DNA of 64,000 nucleotides from an uncultured Bacteroidales bacterium (GCA_946621635.1 CAMOOR010000002.1:33944-97943); one strand, 5' to 3'; numbered from the stretch's first letter, positions 24,672 to 35,160 are shown. The notes: generated by a model from the letters alone, not told the origin. Program-made: numbers and translations.

Positions 24672-26483
24672 ATGAAGAATATACGCAATTTCTGCATTAT
24701 AGCGCACATCGACCACGGCAAGAGCACGTTGGCCGACCGCCTGCTGGAGGTGACAAACACCGTCAGCCAGCGCGAGATGCAGGACCAGGTGCTCGACGAC
24801 ATGGAGCTGGAGAAGGAGCGCGGCATCACCATCAAGAGCCACGCCATCCAGATGAACTACCGCGTCCCTGCGGAGAGTAATTCCGCTTTCGCAGGGCAGG
24901 ACTTCACCCTCAACCTCATCGACACGCCGGGCCATGTGGACTTCAGCTACGAGGTGAGCCGCGCCATAGCGGCCTGCGAGGGCGCGCTGCTGGTGGTGGA
25001 CGCCACGCAGGGCATTCAGGCCCAGACGATAAGCAACCTCTACCTGGCTTTGGAGAACGACCTGGAAATCATCCCCGTGATGAACAAGATAGACCTCGAC
25101 AGCGCAATGCCCGAGGAGGTGGCCGACGAGATTGTGGACCTGCTGGGCTGCAAGCCGGAGGAGATTCTGCGCTGCTCGGCCAAGACGGGCATGGGTGTGC
25201 CGGAAATCCTCGACGCCATCGTGGAGCGCATCCCCGCGCCGCAGGGCGACCCCGAGGCTCCGCTGCAGGCGCTGGTGTTCGACTCGGTATTCAACCCTTT
25301 CCGCGGCATTATCAGCTACTTCCGCATCATGAACGGCAAGCTGCGCACGGGCGACCATGTGAAATTCTTCTCGACGGGCAAGGAGTACGACGCCGACGAG
25401 GTGGGCGTGCTGCGGCTGAACATGGAGCCCTGCAAGGAGCTGAGCGCCGGCAACGTGGGCTACATCATCAGTGGCATCAAGACCTCGAAGGAGGTGCGCG
25501 TGGGCGACACCATCACGCATGTGCAGGACCCCTGCGAGAAGCCCATCGAGGGCTTCGAGGCAGTGAAGCCGATGGTCTTCGCGGGCGTCTATCCCGTTGA
25601 CACCGACGACTATGAGGAGCTGCGCGCCAGCTTGGAGAAGCTACAACTGAACGACGCCAGCCTGACCTTCGAGCCGGAGAGCTCGCTGGCCCTGGGCTTC
25701 GGATTCCGCTGCGGATTCCTCGGACTGCTGCACATGGAGATTGTGCAGGAGCGACTGACGAGGGAGTTCAACATGGACGTCATCACCACGGTGCCCAACG
25801 TGCAGTACAAAGTGAAGCTCACCAACGGCAGCGAAATCGACGTGTACAACCCCTCCGGCATGCCGGAGCCGAACAATATCAGCGAGGTGTACGAGCCGTA
25901 CATCCACGCGCAGATCATCACCAAGGCCGACTTCATCGGGCCCGTCATCAAGCTCTGCATGGACAAGCGCGGCCAGCTGAAGAACCAGAACTACCTGACC
26001 ACCGACCGCATCGAGATAACCTTCGACCTGCCGCTGGGCGAGGTGGTGTTCGACTTCTACGACAAGCTGAAGAGCATCTCGAAAGGCTATGCCTCGTTCG
26101 ACTACTACATCAACGGCTACCAGCCGTCGAAGCTGGTGAAGCTGGAGATATTGCTCAACGGCGACCCCGTGGACGCCCTCTCGACGCTGACCTATGTGGA
26201 CAACGCCTACCCCATCGGGAGGAAGATGTGCGAGAAGCTGAAGGACCTGATACCGCGCCAGCAGTTCGACGTGGCCATCCAGGCGGCCATCGGCAGCAAG
26301 ATTATCGCCCGCGAGACGGTGCGCCAGGTGCGCAAGGACGTGACGGCCAAGTGCTACGGCGGCGACATCACGCGTAAGCGCAAACTGCTCGAGAAACAGA
26401 AGGAGGGCAAGAAGCGCATGCGCCAGGTGGGCAACGTGGAGGTGCCGCAGAGCGCCTTCCTGGCGGTATTGAAACTGGACTAG
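24672..26483 (+). CDS. lepA: Elongation factor 4 (LepA)
   Basis: [35 protein letters not shown] and a LepA-specific C-terminus ([24 protein letters not shown]). Confidence 0.96.
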   Translation: MKNIRNFCIIAHIDHGKSTLADRLLEVTNTVSQREMQDQVLDDMELEKERGITIKSHAIQMNYRVPAESNSAFAGQDFTLNLIDTPGHVDFSYEVSRAIAACEGALLVVDATQGIQAQTISNLYLALENDLEIIPVMNKIDLDSAMPEEVADEIVDLLGCKPEEILRCSAKTGMGVPEILDAIVERIPAPQGDPEAPLQALVFDSVFNPFRGIISYFRIMNGKLRTGDHVKFFSTGKEYDADEVGVLRLNMEPCKELSAGNVGYIISGIKTSKEVRVGDTITHVQDPCEKPIEGFEAVKPMVFAGVYPVDTDDYEELRASLEKLQLNDASLTFEPESSLALGFGFRCGFLGLLHMEIVQERLTREFNMDVITTVPNVQYKVKLTNGSEIDVYNPSGMPEPNNISEVYEPYIHAQIITKADFIGPVIKLCMDKRGQLKNQNYLTTDRIEITFDLPLGEVVFDFYDKLKSISKGYASFDYYINGYQPSKLVKLEILLNGDPVDALSTLTYVDNAYPIGRKMCEKLKDLIPRQQFDVAIQAAIGSKIIARETVRQVRKDVTAKCYGGDITRKRKLLEKQKEGKKRMRQVGNVEVPQSAFLAVLKLD

Positions 26484-26505
26484 CGGCGGCGCTTGCGCCG
26501 CCGCA
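26484..26505 (+). terminator. Perfect GC palindrome (GCGGCGGCGC-TT-GCGCCGCCGC) directly after the lepA stop codon; terminator-like but with no T-tract
   Basis: Direct reading shows a 10-bp stem. Confidence 0.4.
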
Positions 26506-26550
26506 CAAGACAAAGGAAATTAAACATTAACACATAAACGAATTCAAAAA

Positions 26551-27072
26551 ATGAAAAAGATCACCCATTTCATGATGGCAGCCGCCCTGACGCTGGCCAC
26601 GGCTGGTTTTGCTGCCTGCGGCGACAAGGACAATGAAAACACCGAAGGCAACACCACCTACGAGGAGTCGGCAACGTTTGCCATCTATTATCAAGGACAG
26701 AAAATCGCCGCCGGCGACACCATCCAGATGGTTCCCACCGACGCGCAGGTGCGCAACGACTTTGCCCAGGCCGACATCGATGTGGAGAACAAGACCGCCA
26801 ATGCCCTGCAGGCCTGTATCAGCATGACCAAAGTGGAAGGCCCTTCGGCACAGAACGAGGTGGAAATCTGCTTCAGCGGTGCCTGCCGCACATTCACCTG
26901 CCCCTTCACCTCCGACCCCTTCACGATGGAGCCGGGCCAGGCTTCGGCCAACAAAATCACCTACGACTACACGCCGTCGGCCATCACCGAACACACCCTC
27001 TATCGCCTCTCCGTGGGCGAGGGCTCGGACATGGCCAATGCACAGGTGGTTTTCATCGAGCACGCTAAGTAA
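26551..27072 (+). CDS. Hypothetical lipoprotein
   Basis: Signal peptide with a lipobox (GFAAC). No family recognised. Confidence 0.55.
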   Translation: MKKITHFMMAAALTLATAGFAACGDKDNENTEGNTTYEESATFAIYYQGQKIAAGDTIQMVPTDAQVRNDFAQADIDVENKTANALQACISMTKVEGPSAQNEVEICFSGACRTFTCPFTSDPFTMEPGQASANKITYDYTPSAITEHTLYRLSVGEGSDMANAQVVFIEHAK

Positions 27073-28336
27073 GACTGCGCTCGTAGCGACGCACCTGATA
27101 CAGATACCACAACAGCAGGGACGCAACACCAAGCGCCCCTGCTGTTGCATAGAGGCGTATGGAGACAAGGAAAGAGCCCAAGTGCAGGCCCAAGGCGATT
27201 GCGCCGATGCGCAGGGCGAAGACGGCCATGCAGAAGACGAACTCGGTGCGCTGGTTGGAGAAAACATTGGAGACAAACATCAGCGAGGTGGAGTTGAAAG
27301 CGATGTAGATCCACGGCAGGATGGCCCGGACGTAGACTCCGCAGCCGGTCCATTCAGCACCGAAGAGGAAGGTGAACAGCGGTTCGGCCACGACCCACAG
27401 CACAACACATACCGGCAGGGCCACAGCGTTGACGCTGAGCATGAAGCGTGCCATCATTCTCCACACCGAGCGGCGTTCGCGCACCCCCTCGGCCACACGG
27501 GCATAGAGCACGCGCTCGAAGGCGCCGCTGAGCAGGTTGGCCGGGCGGAAGGTGAACGTCAGCGCCAAGCCGAACAGGCCCACGTCGGCACGGTCGAAAT
27601 AGAGTGCCAGCCAAAGGAACGGCAGGTTGGCTGAAAGGCTGTCGATGAGATCGCGGCTGGCGACGAACAGGGGGAAGTTGCGATGATGGCGTGCGGCGGC
27701 AATTTGTTCGCTGCGCGAAGTGGATGGCAAAGCAAGGCTCCGCATGCGAAAGCGATAGAGGAGATTGGCGGAGGCCTGGCCAAGAACAGTGCCCAGAGGC
27801 ATGCCCGCACGGTTCATCCCCAAGAGGCCGAAAAGCACCTTGAGGGCAGCGCCGGCGATGGAATTGGTGGTGACGGAAGCGGCGATGAGCTTGTAGCGTC
27901 GCACGCGGTTGTAGAGCGAAGCATAGATACGCGATGTGCCGGAGAAATAGACCATCGGGGGGATGAGCAGTGTCAGCACCCCCAGTTCGGCGAGATTGCC
28001 GGGAAGGGCATGAGTGAGATAGAGCACCGCAGCCACCGTGAGCAGGAGCAGGCACACCAGCGTATTGAGCCGCAGGGCAAAGCGGGCAATGGCAGCCGTC
28101 TCCCGATTATCCTTCGCCACGACGACCGCAAGCTCGTACTTGCAGGTGGAGAGGATGATCAGCACCTCGATATAAGAGTAGAAAATGTTGAACAGCGCAT
28201 AGTCGGAAGGGGAATAGATACGGGTGAGAATCAGGTAGGCGAGCATCGAGATGGCCTGGGCAAGGATGTTGCCGCTTGCCAATGTGGCGGCTTCCCTGGC
28301 CAGAGCCGATTCCCGTATATGGTTCCAAAGTTTCAT
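27065..28336 (-). CDS. Oligosaccharide flippase / polysaccharide biosynthesis protein (Wzx-like, multi-pass membrane)
   Basis: MKLWNHIRES...ASGNILAQAISMLAYLILTRIYSPSDYALF is typical of a flippase N-terminus, and the protein is hydrophobic throughout. Its start overlaps the upstream stop as ATGA (28333-28336). Confidence 0.7.
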   Translation of the reverse strand: MKLWNHIRESALAREAATLASGNILAQAISMLAYLILTRIYSPSDYALFNIFYSYIEVLIILSTCKYELAVVVAKDNRETAAIARFALRLNTLVCLLLLTVAAVLYLTHALPGNLAELGVLTLLIPPMVYFSGTSRIYASLYNRVRRYKLIAASVTTNSIAGAALKVLFGLLGMNRAGMPLGTVLGQASANLLYRFRMRSLALPSTSRSEQIAAARHHRNFPLFVASRDLIDSLSANLPFLWLALYFDRADVGLFGLALTFTFRPANLLSGAFERVLYARVAEGVRERRSVWRMMARFMLSVNAVALPVCVVLWVVAEPLFTFLFGAEWTGCGVYVRAILPWIYIAFNSTSLMFVSNVFSNQRTEFVFCMAVFALRIGAIALGLHLGSFLVSIRLYATAGALGVASLLLWYLYQVRRYERSLT

Positions 28337-30330
28337 ATCTCGCCATAGTATTTGCGCAGCACCCATTCAGTCCCCAGCAGCAGCACGATGAGCAGCAGCA
28401 CCCACGGCAGGCCGATGAGCTCGGAGAAGCGGGTGTGGGTGTAGATGGTGGGCTTGAGGGCGGCAAGTTCGTCGCGGAGCTCGTCGAGCTGATCGGGGTA
28501 GAACATCTTTCCACCGGTGACGGCGCTGATGGTGCGCAGCAACGCGTGGTCGGCCGTGAGGTTGGCCTGTTCCAGGTGCAGCGCCTCCACGGCGAAGGAA
28601 CCCTCGGCCGTGAGGGTTTTGCCGTTGTACTGCGTGGTGGCCCTGTAGCGGTAGAGGCCCTCGGGCAGACGGCCCAGCGAGAGGGTGTAGGCGTCGCCGC
28701 GACGGGTGAAGCTGAAGTCGCCCTTGACGGAATCGCCCATAAGGGTGAAGGTGGCCTCGGGGGCATTGAAGAGTTCGTAGGCGTCGTTGTAGAGCTGCGC
28801 TCCGACGGTGATGGCCTCGATGTCGGAGTAGTGGCGCTCGGCCTCGACGATGAAGCGGTCGCGCTGGTCGGTGACGGCGGCAAAGTTGACCATCTGGCTC
28901 AGCAGGCGGTCGAAATGCTCGTGCGAACTGTTGTTCTGGTAATCGGCCAGGCGCCATTTCCACAGTCCCTCGCCCCAGACAAACACACGGTGCTCCCTAC
29001 CCTGCGCCGAGGCGGCCACGAGGGGCTGGCGGGTGTCGATGCTGCCCAACCGGGCGGTAAAAAGCGACTGCAGCGACGCCGACACCTTCGGTTCGCCGAA
29101 AGGCACATCCAGCGGCGGGAACTGCTCGACAGCCTCGCCGTCGGAGGCTTCGAGGTTGAAGAGCGAGAAACCGCCGTTATACACGGCCGTCATCTCACTG
29201 CTTTTCTTGCTCTTCGATACAATTTCCAGACCGGTGTGCAAGGCGTTGAAGCGCGGCAGGTCGGTCTGTGTACCAATGACATACATCTGCGGCAACTGCT
29301 CCAGCTCCTTGGGCACGGCGTGTGTGGCGGAGGGGAGGTTGTGGAGTACGACGAGGCTGTAGTTGGAGTCCTGCAGGCGCAGCTTGCCCCCCTGCAGCGC
29401 ATCGGCGGCGACCACACGTGCTTCGAAGTTGGGGTTGCTCTCCACGGCCTGCTTCATCGCGCCGAGGTCAGGATGGGGCGCATGGCCCACGATGAGCACC
29501 TTGCGACGACCGTCGATGACGTCGACATAGATGGTCTGCCGGTTGTTCTCCGACTCCACCTCGCCGTCGACCACAGTCAGCGTGGCCACATACTTCTGCA
29601 GTCCCTTGGCTTCGGCCTTGATATTGAAAGAGAGCGTATTGGAGAAATCGTCATCCGTGTAGTCCACCCTTTGCGACGCCACGTTGCGACCACGGCCGTC
29701 GACCACGGTCAGCTGGGCGCTCTTGCCCTGCAGGCGGCGGGCGCCGACGGTAATCTCCACGGGGAAGGTATTGCCCAGGTAGGCAATTCGGTTGTGACGC
29801 ACATTGGCCACGGCGGCATCGCGGCGCGGCGTGGTGTCGCCCAGGGCGATGGTGTAGACCGGCATGCCCAGGCGCTCGGCCACGGTGGCGGGGTTCTGCC
29901 CGTGGTTGTTGATGCCGTCGGAAGCCAGCACCACGGCGGCATCCTCGGGATGCACAGCGTCCAGCAGGGCGCCGAGGTCGGTCTGCCCGGCATGCGACGC
30001 ATCGGCGGTGAGCACCCCGTTGCACTTATCCATGATATCGTCGGAAAGGCCAGCCAGCGAGAAAGCCGAGTCGGCACTGGCCTGCACCGACAGCGAGCGG
30101 TCCTCAATCATGTCCACGCGGGGCTTCTGCCGCTCGTTCACCGTGCGCTTGGCCACAGGCGACAGCAGCAGCAGCGCGATGACCGACACCGCCACAAACC
30201 TCAGCGCCGCCAGCAACACGTTGATTCCCTTGCTGAAGGACCGGTGGCCCACAAAGTAGAGCACCGCGGCGTAGGCGGCACCTGCCAGCAGGCAGAGGAG
30301 GACGAAATACCAGGGATAGTCGATGATCAT
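28333..30330 (-). CDS. Membrane-anchored VWA-domain protein
   Basis: Two N-terminal TM helices and a MIDAS-like DRSLS motif. VVLASDGINNHG...YTIALGD matches the VWA fold pattern. Confidence 0.55.
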   Translation of the reverse strand: MIIDYPWYFVLLCLLAGAAYAAVLYFVGHRSFSKGINVLLAALRFVAVSVIALLLLSPVAKRTVNERQKPRVDMIEDRSLSVQASADSAFSLAGLSDDIMDKCNGVLTADASHAGQTDLGALLDAVHPEDAAVVLASDGINNHGQNPATVAERLGMPVYTIALGDTTPRRDAAVANVRHNRIAYLGNTFPVEITVGARRLQGKSAQLTVVDGRGRNVASQRVDYTDDDFSNTLSFNIKAEAKGLQKYVATLTVVDGEVESENNRQTIYVDVIDGRRKVLIVGHAPHPDLGAMKQAVESNPNFEARVVAADALQGGKLRLQDSNYSLVVLHNLPSATHAVPKELEQLPQMYVIGTQTDLPRFNALHTGLEIVSKSKKSSEMTAVYNGGFSLFNLEASDGEAVEQFPPLDVPFGEPKVSASLQSLFTARLGSIDTRQPLVAASAQGREHRVFVWGEGLWKWRLADYQNNSSHEHFDRLLSQMVNFAAVTDQRDRFIVEAERHYSDIEAITVGAQLYNDAYELFNAPEATFTLMGDSVKGDFSFTRRGDAYTLSLGRLPEGLYRYRATTQYNGKTLTAEGSFAVEALHLEQANLTADHALLRTISAVTGGKMFYPDQLDELRDELAALKPTIYTHTRFSELIGLPWVLLLIVLLLGTEWVLRKYYGEI

Positions 30331-30332
30331 CT

Positions 30333-30374
30333 CAGTGTTAAGTGTTTAGTGTTAAGTGTTCAGTGTTAAGTTTT
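30333..30374. repeat. Heptamer tandem repeat (NAGTGTT x6) making up the M16-VWA intergenic spacer
   Basis: cagtgtt aagtgtt tagtgtt aagtgtt cagtgtt aagtttt lies between the VWA start (30330) and the M16 stop (30382). Confidence 0.9.
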
Positions 30375-30381
30375 GGGGTGT

Positions 30382-31602
30382 TCAGTTGCCATAAACCAGG
30401 GTGCTGAAGCGTTCCGGAGCGAAGCGTTCCCGGGCCACGCGCTGCAGGTCGGCGGCGGTGACGGCCATCAGGTCGGCCTCCATCTCCTCGAGGGTGTTTA
30501 CGTGGTCGTAGCACAGGTAGGCCTTGCCGATGGACTGCATCTCGTTCATGCCGAAATCGTCGTTGATGGCCATCTGCCCCACCATCTGGCGCTGGGCCGA
30601 CCGCAGCTGGGCGGCTGTCAAGGGCTGCTCGGCCATGCGCATCAGCTCGTCGACAATCAGGCGGCGGGCACGCTCCTGCGCATCGAGGTCGACGCCGGCG
30701 TAGATGTAGAACAGGCCCGTATCCGAGAACGGTACGTACTGCGACTCAATGCTGTAGCAGAAACCGTAACGCTCGCGCACGGCGACATTGAGGCGCGAGT
30801 TCATGGCCGGCCCGCCGAGGATGTTGTTGAGCAGGGTGAACGCCGTCTTGTCGCCATGGTAGACGTCCGGCGCCTCGCAGCCCAACAGCAGGTGGGCCTG
30901 GTGGGTGTGGCGGTTCACGTAGCGGTCGAACACCTGGAACCGCGGCCGCAGCGAACGGTCCACCGCCGAGGGGTGGTTCTCGCAGGAGCCGAAATACTTC
31001 TCGCACAGGCGCACCAGGCGGTCGAACTTCACGTCGCCGCTCACCGTCACCACCATGCGCGACGGCGTATAGTTGCTCCGCATGAAGCGCTTGATGCTCT
31101 CGGGCGTGAAACGCTTCACATTGCGTTTCGAACCCAGGATGTTGTGCGCCAGGGGGTGGCCCTCGTAGGCCAACTCCTCGTACTGGTCGTAGATGAGCTC
31201 GGCGGGCGAGTCGTTGTAGGAGTTGATTTCCTCCAGCACCACATCGCGCTCTTTCTCAATCTCGTGCTGCGGGAAGGTGCTGTGGAACAAGATGTCGGCG
31301 AAGAGCTCGAGGCAACGCTCCAGGTGCTCGCTGAGCGACGAGGCGTAGACGCAGGTCTCCTCCTTGGTGGTGAAGGCGTTCAGCTCGCCGCCCACACCGT
31401 CTATGCGGTTCAGTATGTGGTAGGCGCGGCGGTGCTCGGTGCCCTTGAAGAGCGAATGCTCTATGAAATGCGCCATGCCCTCGTCGGCACCCGCCTCGTC
31501 GCGGCTGCCCACGTTGATGTACACACCGCTGTAGGTAACCCTCGACGGCGTGCGGCTCAGTATGATTTTCAGGCCATTGGCCAGAGTATGATATTCGTAC
31601 AC
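30382..31602 (-). CDS. M16-family (pitrilysin/insulinase-like) zinc peptidase
   Basis: The inverted zinc motif HFIEH (GMAHFIEHSLFKGT) is present, and the ~400-aa size fits the family. Confidence 0.85.
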   Translation of the reverse strand: MYEYHTLANGLKIILSRTPSRVTYSGVYINVGSRDEAGADEGMAHFIEHSLFKGTEHRRAYHILNRIDGVGGELNAFTTKEETCVYASSLSEHLERCLELFADILFHSTFPQHEIEKERDVVLEEINSYNDSPAELIYDQYEELAYEGHPLAHNILGSKRNVKRFTPESIKRFMRSNYTPSRMVVTVSGDVKFDRLVRLCEKYFGSCENHPSAVDRSLRPRFQVFDRYVNRHTHQAHLLLGCEAPDVYHGDKTAFTLLNNILGGPAMNSRLNVAVRERYGFCYSIESQYVPFSDTGLFYIYAGVDLDAQERARRLIVDELMRMAEQPLTAAQLRSAQRQMVGQMAINDDFGMNEMQSIGKAYLCYDHVNTLEEMEADLMAVTAADLQRVARERFAPERFSTLVYGN

Positions 31603-31698
31603 AACTAGTTTTAATACAAAATTACCATATAATAACTACAGAATCGGAAAAATATTGTGTGCATCATTTTTTATTCTCACGGCGACGACGCAACAGCA

Positions 31699-31738
31699 AC
31701 GGAACGCCGACGGAAGAAAAACGGAACCTCGACGGAAC
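31699..31738 (+). repeat. 11-bp phased ACGGAAS array (4 units)
   Basis: ACGGAAC/ACGGAAG start at 31699, 31710, 31721 and 31732. Confidence 0.85.
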
Positions 31739-31803
31739 GGGCCTGAACTTTGTTAAAGAACGTTAAAACGCCCGTTTTCGGACTTTTCATCTTTTTATCA
31801 AAA

Positions 31804-31860
31804 CCTACCATGGTAGGAGTTGATAAGGAGTTGGTAAGGACTTGGTAAGGATTTGGTAAG
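31804..31860 (+). repeat. Palindrome plus 11-bp GGTAAGG array element, copy B
   Basis: cctaccatggtagg is followed by agttgataagg agttggtaagg acttggtaagg atttggtaag. A perfect 14-bp inverted repeat brackets it (gaactttgttaaag at 31745-31758 and ctttaacaaagttc at 31863-31876). Confidence 0.85.
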
Positions 31861-31864
31861 TGCT

Positions 31865-33409
31865 TTAACAAAGTTCGACCCCTGTCGATTCGGGGTTTGA
31901 CTCCGGTCGGCGGAAGGCCATGAACCAGGTGCAAAAGAGGATGCCCGCCAGGGAGTCGAGGGTGTTTTCGGCGAGGAACGAGACGAGGACCGCAACGGTC
32001 AGGGCCACAAAGAGCTGCCCCTGACGGCGGAGGCGCGGCGCGGCACGCAGCCACACCAGCACCATCAGCACGAAGAGCGGCAGGCCGAACATGGCGATGA
32101 GGGTCAGGTATTCGTTGTGGGGCATGAGGTCGGACCCTTGGAGAGGCGATGCCGAGCGCCGGAATTCAGCCTCCATGGCCTCGCCCAAGTCGCCGGTGCC
32201 GACGCCCGTCCAGGGGTGGCGCCCGATGATGTGGAGGGCGGTCCGCCAAAGCTCGAGGCGCTGGAGCATCGAGAAACCCTCGACAGCACGGTAGCAGCGG
32301 TAGTTCTCCAGCTCGAAAAACATCACATGGAGCATGCGCTGCGGCAGCGGGGCATGCTCGTAGACAGGATTGGGGACACCGCGGGCCACCTCGGCCACCT
32401 GCTCGTCGCTGAGGGCCGCCAGGCCGACACTGTCCTTGGGCAGGCCGAGGGCGTTGAGGTAGCGCACCAGGGAGGCTTCGACATTGTAGCCCGAGGCGGT
32501 GAGGCTATCGAGCGGCACACGGCTGCGCTTCGGCCATTGCTGCGCCAGCTCCTCGTGGCAAAGGTAGTTGTTCACGTAGTTGCCGCTCTCCACCATGCCG
32601 TCGTGCAGGTGCAGATAGGGGTTGCCCGAGGGGGTGTAGAGAGCAACGGGCTGGAGGGCAATGGGTTGTAGGGTATGGTAGGCGCGGTATTGCACAACCA
32701 CATAGGCTGCCGTTCCGCCTACCACCGCCAGCCACACCGCCAGCCACAGCCAGCAGCGGCGCAGGCCGAGCACCACCACCAGCGACACCACTCCGAAGAC
32801 GACGAAAGCCGTGTAGGACCTCAGCAGCAGCAGGAAGCCCATCATCCACACCATCAGGGCCGCCAAGGCCACTTTGCGCCAGAGGGGCGTACCGCCGTCT
32901 GCGTGGCGCAACATGTTGACGCAAAGGAAGACAACCATACAGCAGTTGAGGGCGAAGCGGATGTGGGAAATGAAAGGTACCATCTGGCGGTAGGGCAGGT
33001 CGGGAATGGCGAGGTAGCGGACCAGGCCAATGACGGTGACCACGAAGACCGTGCCCATGTAGAGGGTGAGGATGGTGCTGCGGGCGCGTCCGGCAGGGGG
33101 ACGGGTGGTGAGCACCACAAGGGGCACCGCGAGCCACGGCAGGAGACGTTCCACCACGTGGAATCCCGCTGGCAGATTGCTGGTCCACAACAGTCCGACC
33201 GCATGCAGCAGGAAGAAGAACGCCACGGCATGCAGCAGACGGCTCTGGCGGGCCATCGTCCACTTCTCGCTCCATCGTCCCTCGAGCAGCCAGTTGGCCA
33301 GCAGCAGCACCCACACAACGTTGCTCATGCCGATGCTTGTCACCATGCAGCCCCCCAAGAGGGTGAGCAGCACGAGGTAGATGCGTCTATGGACCTTGGC
33401 CGGGAACAA
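31865..33409 (-). CDS. O-antigen ligase (Wzy_C) family membrane protein
   Basis: Multi-pass membrane protein with PHNEYLTLIAMFGLPLF, typical of the Wzy_C/O-antigen ligase loop region. Confidence 0.75.
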   Translation of the reverse strand: MFPAKVHRRIYLVLLTLLGGCMVTSIGMSNVVWVLLLANWLLEGRWSEKWTMARQSRLLHAVAFFFLLHAVGLLWTSNLPAGFHVVERLLPWLAVPLVVLTTRPPAGRARSTILTLYMGTVFVVTVIGLVRYLAIPDLPYRQMVPFISHIRFALNCCMVVFLCVNMLRHADGGTPLWRKVALAALMVWMMGFLLLLRSYTAFVVFGVVSLVVVLGLRRCWLWLAVWLAVVGGTAAYVVVQYRAYHTLQPIALQPVALYTPSGNPYLHLHDGMVESGNYVNNYLCHEELAQQWPKRSRVPLDSLTASGYNVEASLVRYLNALGLPKDSVGLAALSDEQVAEVARGVPNPVYEHAPLPQRMLHVMFFELENYRCYRAVEGFSMLQRLELWRTALHIIGRHPWTGVGTGDLGEAMEAEFRRSASPLQGSDLMPHNEYLTLIAMFGLPLFVLMVLVWLRAAPRLRRQGQLFVALTVAVLVSFLAENTLDSLAGILFCTWFMAFRRPESNPESTGVELC

Positions 33410-33442
33410 GTTGACTATCAGTTAGGAGACATGAACCATTGT

Positions 33443-33490
33443 CCTTTCACTCCCTCTCACTTCGCTTCACTCCCCTTTCACTCCCTTACC
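33443..33490 (-). repeat. 11-bp phased array (reverse complement GGAGTGAAAGG-like) spanning the S41 peptidase stop codon
   Basis: The units read cctttcactcc ctctcacttcg cttcactcccc tttcactccct. The last codons of the peptidase (GKGVKGE*) are encoded by the array. Confidence 0.6.
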
Positions 33491-35110
33491 AGACAACTCC
33501 TCCACAGCGCGGAGCACCGCCTTGTCGCTCTTCAGGGCACCCTGCAGGCGGCCCTGGTCGTAGTAGTAGCGGGTGAGGATTTCGGCCTTGAGCATCTCGC
33601 AGACTTCCTCGCGGTGTTTCTGCAGGTCGCTCTCCTTTTCGGTGGCCAGGCGGGATTCCATCTCTTTGAGTTGCTGCTCGATGGCGGAGTCGTACTTCTC
33701 CTGTTTGGCCACGTCGCGCAGTTCCTTGATGACGCGCTCGGTGACGGTGTTGTAGCTGAGCTTCTTGTCCTTCAGGTAGCGGCAGAAGTCGTTGTAGATT
33801 TCGTCCGTGATTTCGAAGGTTTCGGCAGGAGCTATCTCCTTGTGCTTGCGGTAGAAGTCGGTGGCATAGTCGAAGATGAGCAGTTTCTGCACCAGGGCGA
33901 TGGCGAGGTTGGACATGTATTCGGGCTCGATTTCGATGTCGGGCTCGATGCCGAAACCGTCGTAGACGGTGCGTCCGGACTTGGTTTTGAAGGCTGTCTT
34001 GAGGCTGTCGGGCACCTTGAGGGCGCGGCCGTTCTCGTCGCGATGGCTGTAGTCGATGGCCTGGATGCAGCGGCCGGAGGGGATGTAGTACTTGCTTACG
34101 GTGACCTTCATCTGGCTGTTGTATGGCATAGGCAGGATATTCTGCACCAGTCCCTTGCCATAGCTGCGCTGGCCGATGACCACGGCGCGGTCGAGGTCCT
34201 GCAGCGAGCCGCTGACGATCTCGCTGGCCGAAGCCGAGCCACCGTCGATGAGCACCGCCAGGGGTATTTCCGTGTCCTCGGGCTGCAGGCGGGTGTAGCT
34301 CTTAAGGTTCTTGCTGGCCACCTTGCCTTTGGTCTCCACCACCAGGGTGCCGCGGGGAACCCAGATATTGACAATGTCGACGGCTTCGTTCATCAGTCCG
34401 CCGCCGTTGCCGCGCAGGTCGAGCACAACACCCTTCATGCCGGGCTTGTCTTTCTTGAGTTTCACGAATGCCTCGCGGACGTTCTTGGCGGCGTCGTTGG
34501 TGAATTCGTCCAGTTTGATATAGCCCACGTCGCCCTTGGGACCTACGTAGCCGTAGTACGGCACGTTGGGCAGCTTGATTTCGCGGCGTGTGAGGGTGCG
34601 TTCGAATTCCTTTCCCTCGCGTTCCACACGCAGGGTGACCTGCGTGCCGGCCTGGCCACGCATGGCGCTGCTCACGTCGGGCACCTTCTTGCCCTTGGTG
34701 CTTTCGCCGTTGACGGCCACAATGCGGTCGCCTGCCTTAAGGCCTGCCTCGTCGGCGGGAAGGCCCTTGTAGGGCTCGGAGATGTAGACGGAGTCGCCAC
34801 GCTGCGTGATGATGGCACCCACGCCACCGTATTCGCCCAGCAGCTGCAGCTTCACATCCTCGATGTCGCTCTCGGGGAAGTAGTTGGTGTAGGGGTCGAA
34901 AGAGGCGAGCATGGCGTCGATGGCCACCTTGATGGCCTTGCCGGGATCCACATCGTCGACATAGTTGAGGTTGAGCTGCTTGTACACCGAGGAGAATATC
35001 TCCAGGTTCTTGGCAATCTCGAAACTGCGGTCGTTCTGGGCCTGCAGGGGCTGTGCGGCGAAACCCGCCAGCAGCATAAATCCGATTATGATGTGTCTTT
35101 TCATGTGCAA
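33467..35110 (-). CDS. S41-family C-terminal processing peptidase (PDZ domain)
   Basis: LRGNGGG, GSASASEI and SYGKGLVQ motifs, plus a PDZ-like GLKAGDRIVAVNG. Confidence 0.9.
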   Translation of the reverse strand: MHMKRHIIIGFMLLAGFAAQPLQAQNDRSFEIAKNLEIFSSVYKQLNLNYVDDVDPGKAIKVAIDAMLASFDPYTNYFPESDIEDVKLQLLGEYGGVGAIITQRGDSVYISEPYKGLPADEAGLKAGDRIVAVNGESTKGKKVPDVSSAMRGQAGTQVTLRVEREGKEFERTLTRREIKLPNVPYYGYVGPKGDVGYIKLDEFTNDAAKNVREAFVKLKKDKPGMKGVVLDLRGNGGGLMNEAVDIVNIWVPRGTLVVETKGKVASKNLKSYTRLQPEDTEIPLAVLIDGGSASASEIVSGSLQDLDRAVVIGQRSYGKGLVQNILPMPYNSQMKVTVSKYYIPSGRCIQAIDYSHRDENGRALKVPDSLKTAFKTKSGRTVYDGFGIEPDIEIEPEYMSNLAIALVQKLLIFDYATDFYRKHKEIAPAETFEITDEIYNDFCRYLKDKKLSYNTVTERVIKELRDVAKQEKYDSAIEQQLKEMESRLATEKESDLQKHREEVCEMLKAEILTRYYYDQGRLQGALKSDKAVLRAVEELSGKGVKGE

Positions 35111-35160
35111 AACTACAAATAAATACGCATAAATAACAACGAAAGTCTTTTTTTATTGTG

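Noticed and set aside
24451-24675. 74-aa ORF upstream of lepA
   Set aside because: It overlaps the lepA promoter boxes, and its Gly/Arg-rich translation derives from G-rich repeat DNA.
28276-31608. Long + strand ORFs (697 aa and 411 aa) opposite the VWA and M16 genes
   Set aside because: These are antisense shadows. The minus-strand products have a MIDAS motif and the HxxEH zinc motif respectively.
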